From: Octopus sinensis
Lineage: Eukaryota
Length of the DNA: 42,086 nucleotides
Direction: 5' to 3'
NCBI RefSeq assembly: GCF_006345805.1
Contig: NW_021835221.1
Location: forward strand, 1 to 42,086
The position numbers and the translations under genes were made by a program. Position 1 is the stretch's first letter, and every line of letters begins with the position of its first letter. The notes below the pieces were generated by a model, which did no database searches, was not told the DNA's origin, and worked only from the letters and a program-made list of their open reading frames with translations. Shown piece after piece: positions 36,347 through 42,086 of the stretch.

Positions 36347-37676
36347 TATCCCTGCAGTTTGTTTATTTATTTAACTTCGGCAGCTTGTCTTATCGAATAC
36401 TTTATATTGTTGAATTTATTCCTGTATAATTACATACACGAATCCGTACTTGCATACATAATTACATACATACAAATATACATACATACATACATACATA
36501 CATACATACATACGTACATACATACGTACATACATACATACTTGCATAAGTACATACATACACACATACATACAGACATATACATACATGCACACATATA
36601 CATACATGCTTACATAAATACATGCATATATACACACACGCATACACACACACGCATACAAACACATACATACACACACATACATACACACATACATACA
36701 CACATACACATACATACATACACATACATACATACACACACATACATACATACATACATACATACATACATACATGCAAAAGTATGAAAATTTGTTTTGG
36801 TTGGGCTGATGCGTCGAAAATGTGAAAGTAGTCTTCCTGAAAAGCTGCTCAAGTATAAACGATGGTCCAATAAATAACAGCATCCATATTGTATAAGCTA
36901 ACAATTACAACTAGACAACACCACTCACAGAAATCGAACTTACATCTGTACCCGACACCGGATGGTTGTGACACCACCACACCCAGGAGGGCATAGGGAT
37001 TTTAATACAAACATACATACATACATACATACATACATACATACATACATACATAGCTACATACATACACACATGCATACATACACTTATGTATACATGC
37101 ACATATATGCATACATATCAATAATAACGTGATTGTTTCTTATCAGGAACAAAATGTTTAATAGGACTGCTATAGAAGTGCTCAATTAAATGAGACAAAT
37201 ATATTAAACCATGGTTGCAGAACAAACAAATATAAGGTCATCCCCGTAACATTTCATATCTCGAACATTTAATCACATAATGCTTTTTCTTTCATATAGA
37301 ATATACATGTATAAAATCACGGAAGATGAAACACAACTCATCAATACAGGCATATAAGAAAAATATAAGAAAAATGTATGAATACAGTCCAACGCGGTTA
37401 AAAGTTAATGATTAATACTTTAGCGACTAAAAATATATTATTTTAACATTATGATATCTAGAATAATAAGTACATAAAATATAAAGAAATATAAATATAT
37501 AAAAAGATATAAAAATACATATATATATAGGAAACATATAAATAAATAATATATAAGGTAAGATAAAAGTTCATCGTTTAGAAAATTTTTCGATTAAAAA
37601 TTACTTTTCAGGATAAGGGAAAACCTATTGTTAAAAGCCAGTGTCCAAGCAAAAAAAAGAAGAAACCATATTTACA

Positions 37677-37758
37677 TTCCTTATGGCCATTTCAGGGGTT
37701 CATCACCGTATTTAATGCACGAGAGTGCATCACGATAATTACTCCTTCATCAGGGGAA
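37677..37758 (-). ncRNA. Type I hammerhead ribozyme motif downstream of the Penelope endonuclease remnant
   Basis: TTCCC CTGATGA AGGAGT...ACCCCT GAAA TGGCCA TA AGGAA. Stem II is extended by ATTATCGT/ACGGTGAT and ATGCAC/GTGCAT. Stem III palindrome ATGGCCAT. One mismatch each in stems I and II. Confidence 0.75.
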
Positions 37759-37989
37759 AAATAAAGAAATACACATCATCACATCCCAGGGCGAGACCTT
37801 CTTAACCAAACCTGATGCAATATTGCATGGTTTCTTATTTAAGAAGTCATGCTTAGACCAGCCCAAATATTAAAAAAAAAAAGAAGGAAAATTATTAACT
37901 ATATAAATGGCTGTCTTTTATTCAAATTCAACCTCGACGGTTTCAATTCCCTGTAAGAGCTAAATTATTTACTTGCTACAACTTTTTTT

Positions 37990-38385
37990 TTATTCCTATA
38001 CACTTTTAGGAAGGTAGATGAAAATTTATGGATGCGAAAAGGAATCACGTCAGTAAATTTATTAGAGTGTGCGGTCCATAACCCCTAAGGATGGTAAGGG
38101 ATTCCCTTATGCACAGCTTACACTTGCTAATATTTCCTTTGAAATTTGGGGTTTTAGAGACAATGGACCATTCTAGATAATAATTCTTATTCTTCTTCTT
38201 CAAATCATGTATATGGGATGCAAGTGTTGTTGGATTACAATATTTATCATTAGAAAACGAGCTCATATGTGATCTATATCTAGCCTTAAAATCTACCGTG
38301 CTACCTATTTAAAATTTATTTAATTTATCCTCGTCCTTGACTACACATTTATATATGACGTTAGTAACTAGACAGGAACCATCTA
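37990..38385 (-). pseudogene. Penelope-like element GIY-YIG endonuclease remnant
   Basis: One frame reads VDGSCLVTNVIYKCVVKDEDKLNKF*IGSTVDFKARYRSHMSSFSNDKYCNPTTLASHIHDLKKKNKNYYLEWSIVSKTPNFKGNISKCKLCIRESLTIL. This gives VIY...(Y>stop)IG, FKxRY..H and CxLC motifs. Frameshifted tail NKFTDVIPFRIHKF. Confidence 0.85.
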
Positions 38386-38469
38386 CATGCATGCATACAT
38401 ATATACACACATATATACATATATACATACATACAAGCACATATACATACATACATGTATACATACATA

Positions 38470-38665
38470 AAGTTAATCCAAACAAGAAAGCACAAAAAAA
38501 ACACAACAACGCGAGGACGTGGAACAAATATAGTATTATTGGACACTCAGGAAAGAAGGAAAGAAGGAGGGCTTAACGTTTCGAGCGGAGCTCTTCGTCG
38601 GAAACATAGGAGAAGGGAAGATCCAGAGAAGGGAAGACAGAGGAAAAAATCGCCAACGGTACACA
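38470..38665 (-). mobile_element. Family E hammerhead-containing element
   Basis: Homologous to 25350-25530. Confidence 0.75.
38571..38605 (-). ncRNA. Minimal type I hammerhead motif with a U4C core substitution
   Basis: GTTT CCGACGA A GAGC tcc GCTC GAAA CG TT AAGC. Stem III palindrome AACGTT. Confidence 0.55.
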
Positions 38666-38671
38666 TACATA

Positions 38672-38752
38672 CAAGGTGCTACGCAGTGAGATTGAACCTG
38701 GATGTAGGTGGCTGGAAACAAAACTTCTTGCTACACGGCCATTCCTGCGCCT
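38672..38752 (-). mobile_element. Diverged SINE B head fragment
   Basis: Minus strand ggcgcaggaatggccgtgtagcaagaagttttg...ggttcaatctcactgcgtagcaccttg. Confidence 0.7.
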
Positions 38753-38773
38753 AAAGAAACAAAATCGTACGCA

Positions 38774-39002
38774 TTAACCCTTCAGCATTCAGACTGCTCT
38801 GTTTAATGTAATGCTTATTTAATCAAATGGTTTCCAATTAATCATTGATTACTTTGTAGCTTTGAGATTTCGATGACAGAATTATTTTATTCTTAGAATG
38901 ACGTTGTGAGGCAGGTGTGAAAAGGCTGGGCCTGGTCAGTTGGGAAATAAACAGGTAGAATATCCGGGCCTAATATGGGTGGCTTATATGCTAAAAGGTC
39001 AA
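38774..39002. mobile_element. piggyBac-like MITE (~230 bp)
   Basis: Left end TTAA-CCCTTCAGCAT, right end ATGCTAAAAGG-TCAA (imperfect inverted termini and TTAA-like target site). Confidence 0.65.
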
Positions 39003-39035
39003 AATAGTTAGTTAGTTAAGTTAGTTAGTTAGTTA

Positions 39036-39260
39036 ACTTTTTGGCTCAAAAAGCAAAAAGGAAGGCCATGTGGGGGGACATGGAATTATGAACAGGGTGG
39101 TGTTCATGTAAAGAGTTCAGGCCACTCATGGTCAAGAGAGACTTTGAACTGAGCGGTCGTCGGCAGCTTATTCCAGGGATCCGCAACCCGGACGGAGAAA
39201 GCCCCTCTCCTTCGATTGAGATGAACTCGTCGCAGATAGAGCTTTTCAGCAGGCACAGAT
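39036..39260 (-). mobile_element. 3' end of a CR1-clade LINE with a (TAAC)n tail
   Basis: EKLYLRRVHLNRRRGAFSVRVADPWNKLP..TAQFKVSLD matches the CR1 ORF2 C-terminus (FS.RV...WN.LP...FK..LD). Short-repeat tail at 39005-39036. Confidence 0.8.
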
Positions 39261-39794
39261 GATAAATTCGGACAACTCAAATTTAATGTCCAAAGGAATA
39301 TATTAAATCCATTATGTACGAAGGCCAGTTCTATTAGCGCCGTGAGTCTCTCCTCAGCAAATCGCGATAGAATACAAACTACACACAATGCATTTCGCAT
39401 CGTCACAGGTTTTACCGAGAGCACGACCACATTCGAGGGGAACAATTTGTTGCTGTTGCAAAATTTAATCCGTAAATTTCTTTCTGCTACTTGAATAAAA
39501 AGTCAACCACCAGATATCCAAATGTTACAATATCCTGAAGCACAACTGGAACAGCAATACAAAAGCACAAACTTTTCCCATTCAGTCTAAATAAACTTAA
39601 GGGACACATAGATTCTTACTATGGGATTTCAAACCTTGATGGACTCAATGGAACATCGTCTTGACACATGACGCGTCCAGGGAATTTTAAACGTGATGGA
39701 TCTCACCCCACACCAGGGTTTCAATGCAGCTGCTTTTCTACTGAGAGAAAGGGAGCGAGAGCGAAAGAGTGAGAGTGAAAGAAAGTGAAAGAAT

Positions 39795-39945
39795 AATTGA
39801 CCTCAGTACTTAGCTTTCGTTTTGTTTATCGACTCGAAAGAATGGAAGGAAAAGTAAAACCTTGGTGCGATTTGAACTCAGAATGGAGAAACGAGCACTA
39901 GAAGGCATTTTATCTGATGTGTTAGAGACTCTGCCAACACACCAT
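39795..39945 (-). mobile_element. Diverged SINE A relic
   Basis: tttatcgactcgaaagaatggaaggaaaag...atttgaactcagaa...gactctgccaac. Confidence 0.6.
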
Positions 39946-40972
39946 CTTATTATTGCGGGGTTGGGGGGAACAGAGAGAAGTGATACGTTTCATGAGCAGT
40001 TATGTGAAAGGGGAATCTCAACTCTCACATCCTGACCAACTCCACTGGGGTCATCGTCAGAATCTACAAAGAGAGAGTTAAACAAAACGACGGAGGTGCA
40101 AGGTATACGATTCGTAAAGTACAATATCGCCCTCAACTAGGCGAGGACATTGTATAAGTAAGAGAATAGATAAATGGTTAGAGGCGGGGCCACACCTCAT
40201 TGTTCGGCTGATTACTTCTCTGCGTATAACTGTTTTATTTGGGATATTTAGGGTCCGGCAAAAGCACCCGCATGTGACCTATGGGACCGATTAGTCAGAA
40301 TAGAGTTTGGGGGTTACACCACTACTGCATGTGTTAAAGGATTTTAAAATTAAGGGCTGACCTAGGAACAACAGCAACTAATCCATCATCACTATCATCA
40401 TCATCATCATCATCGTCGTCGTCGTCGTCGTCGTCGTCATCATCATCATCATCATCATCATCATCACCGTGTTTATAATAGTTGGCATCGTCATCAACGT
40501 CATAATGATATAAATAATTTATTTGTGATCGCTAGGATTGCCAACTTCACAACGTGGTCACCTTCATCACCGGAAACATCAAAGCTTGTTGCTTGAATAG
40601 CGAAAAATAGCAGCTCATTCGCCCTTATTTCACATTCTGCCGCCTCTTAGAAGAACGACGTATGCACCTACGCATGCATTGATATATGTATTCGTGATGC
40701 ATGTATTATCATTACCACCACCATCATCATCATCATCATCATCATCATTGTCAGCAGCAGCACAATTAATTCCGTCATCGGGTGACAAAGGAATAAATCT
40801 TGATATGATTTCACTTTTTCTCGTTTGTTTCTTTGTTTATATATATACACACAACACACACACAAACATCTTCAGCAACCCAAACATACATACACACAAG
40901 CATACGTAATCAAACACATGCGCACAAGCACGCACGTATATATATATATATAATATATATATATATATAGAG

Positions 40973-41015
<43 letters not shown>

Positions 41016-41170
41016 TTGACTCTTATGCTTATGTGAATAATAGTTTCCAGACAGACCCACTGTTGCTTTCAGTGCTGCGTATGGCACCCGTATATATCGT
41101 TTTGTATCTACCAAGCAGACACGCGATTGCAACATCAACCCGTATATGTATGGATATATATATATATATA

Positions 41171-41300
41171 TTAGCGGTTCGGCAAAAGACCCCGATAGAA
41201 TAAGTACTAAGCTTACAGAGAATAAGTCCTGAGATCGATTTGTTCGACTAAAGGCGGTGCTACAACATGGCCGCAGTCAAATGACTGAAACAAGTAAAAA
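41171..41300 (+). mobile_element. SINE B 3' tail fragment
   Basis: ttagcggttcggcaaaagaccccgatagaataagtact...ggccgcagtcaaatgactgaaacaagtaaaa. Confidence 0.85.
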
Positions 41301-42086
41301 AAGCAGAAGAATAAAGAATAATCGTATCTTTACACACACACATACACACACAAACACACACAATCACACACGTAATATCCGTACATAGACACACACACAC
41401 TCATATGTTTGTAAGTGTGTGTATGTGTGAGTCAGTGTACATGCATATGTATGTATGCATGTGTGTGTGTGTGTGATAATTAATCTCCTTATAATCAGCT
41501 TTTACAACTCACAGTAACTTCAACCAGGATGAAGTTCAAACCAAATAAGTTTAAGTATCTTTTAACTAGAAGAGACACAATGTAGAACATGTTCGATCTG
41601 TAAGAGGGTTGAGAGGTTGTTCTATTGATAAAAATGTTCGGTAAAATACCTCGGAGAACTGTTTAACAACATGAACAGCAACAATATACTTCCAAATAGT
41701 AGAGATGGCTGAGGAAGGCCGAAAAGTCAGGGTTTCCGAGGAAATTTAAAGCACTCTGCTTCCAGGACTCATTTGTTTAATGATCGTGTTTGTTTCATAT
41801 GACAAGGGAGGTTGGGTGGAATGAAAAGGAATAGCAAGGAACCCAGCTCCGACAATCTCTGTCTTCGGTTATGAAAGAATTCTAGTTAGCAGCATGCAGA
41901 GTTTTAATGATGTTCTTGTGCTTTGAGAATCAAGAGATAAGGCCTTCAGGCATCACCACAACATCAGGACGTAGCGGGCAACCAACGCCACAATGGCAGT
42001 ACAAGGTTCAAAACTGCTGAAGCTTTATGACATCTTTAGTATAACTTGTACAGGGTAGGGTCTTGGGTGCTCCCATTTTCGTAAGC

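Noticed and set aside
41270-41300. SINE B tail hairpin plus GAAACAAGTA as half a hammerhead
   Set aside because: There is no CTGANGA upstream in any copy. It is better explained as a LINE-recognition stem-loop.
41700-42086. Possible decayed LINE on the minus strand at the window end
   Set aside because: Only vague similarity and no motif firm enough to call.

Overview
This is AT-rich, microsatellite-saturated eukaryotic (animal) DNA, intronic or intergenic. The repeat families look like those of an octopus genome; that assignment is from recall of the repeats, not from a search. I find no intact host protein-coding gene, and nearly all ORFs in the track are microsatellite artefacts. The window holds: (1) at least three tRNA-headed SINE families (called A, B, C here), including a 4-unit tandem SINE array; (2) decayed retroelements: Tx1/L1-like, R4/Dong-like with a restriction-like endonuclease (RLE), CR1-like, and a Penelope-like GIY-YIG remnant; (3) DNA-transposon remnants: a hAT/Buster-type transposase piece plus mariner-like and piggyBac-like MITEs; (4) a 28-bp minisatellite and two long inverted repeats. 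The most striking signal is six type-I hammerhead ribozyme (HHR) motifs: four with an intact CTGANGA box and two with one substitution in it. They lie downstream of the Penelope endonuclease remnant, as a solo motif near 1.7 kb, in a family of ~190-bp non-coding elements, and inside a ~310-bp element (19878-20191, minus strand). That last element joins a Pol III tRNA head to a hammerhead and has an inverted copy of its own 5' end. It is a candidate ribozyme-bearing SINE mobilised by Penelope-like elements. All folds were paired by eye; activity and novelty are untested.
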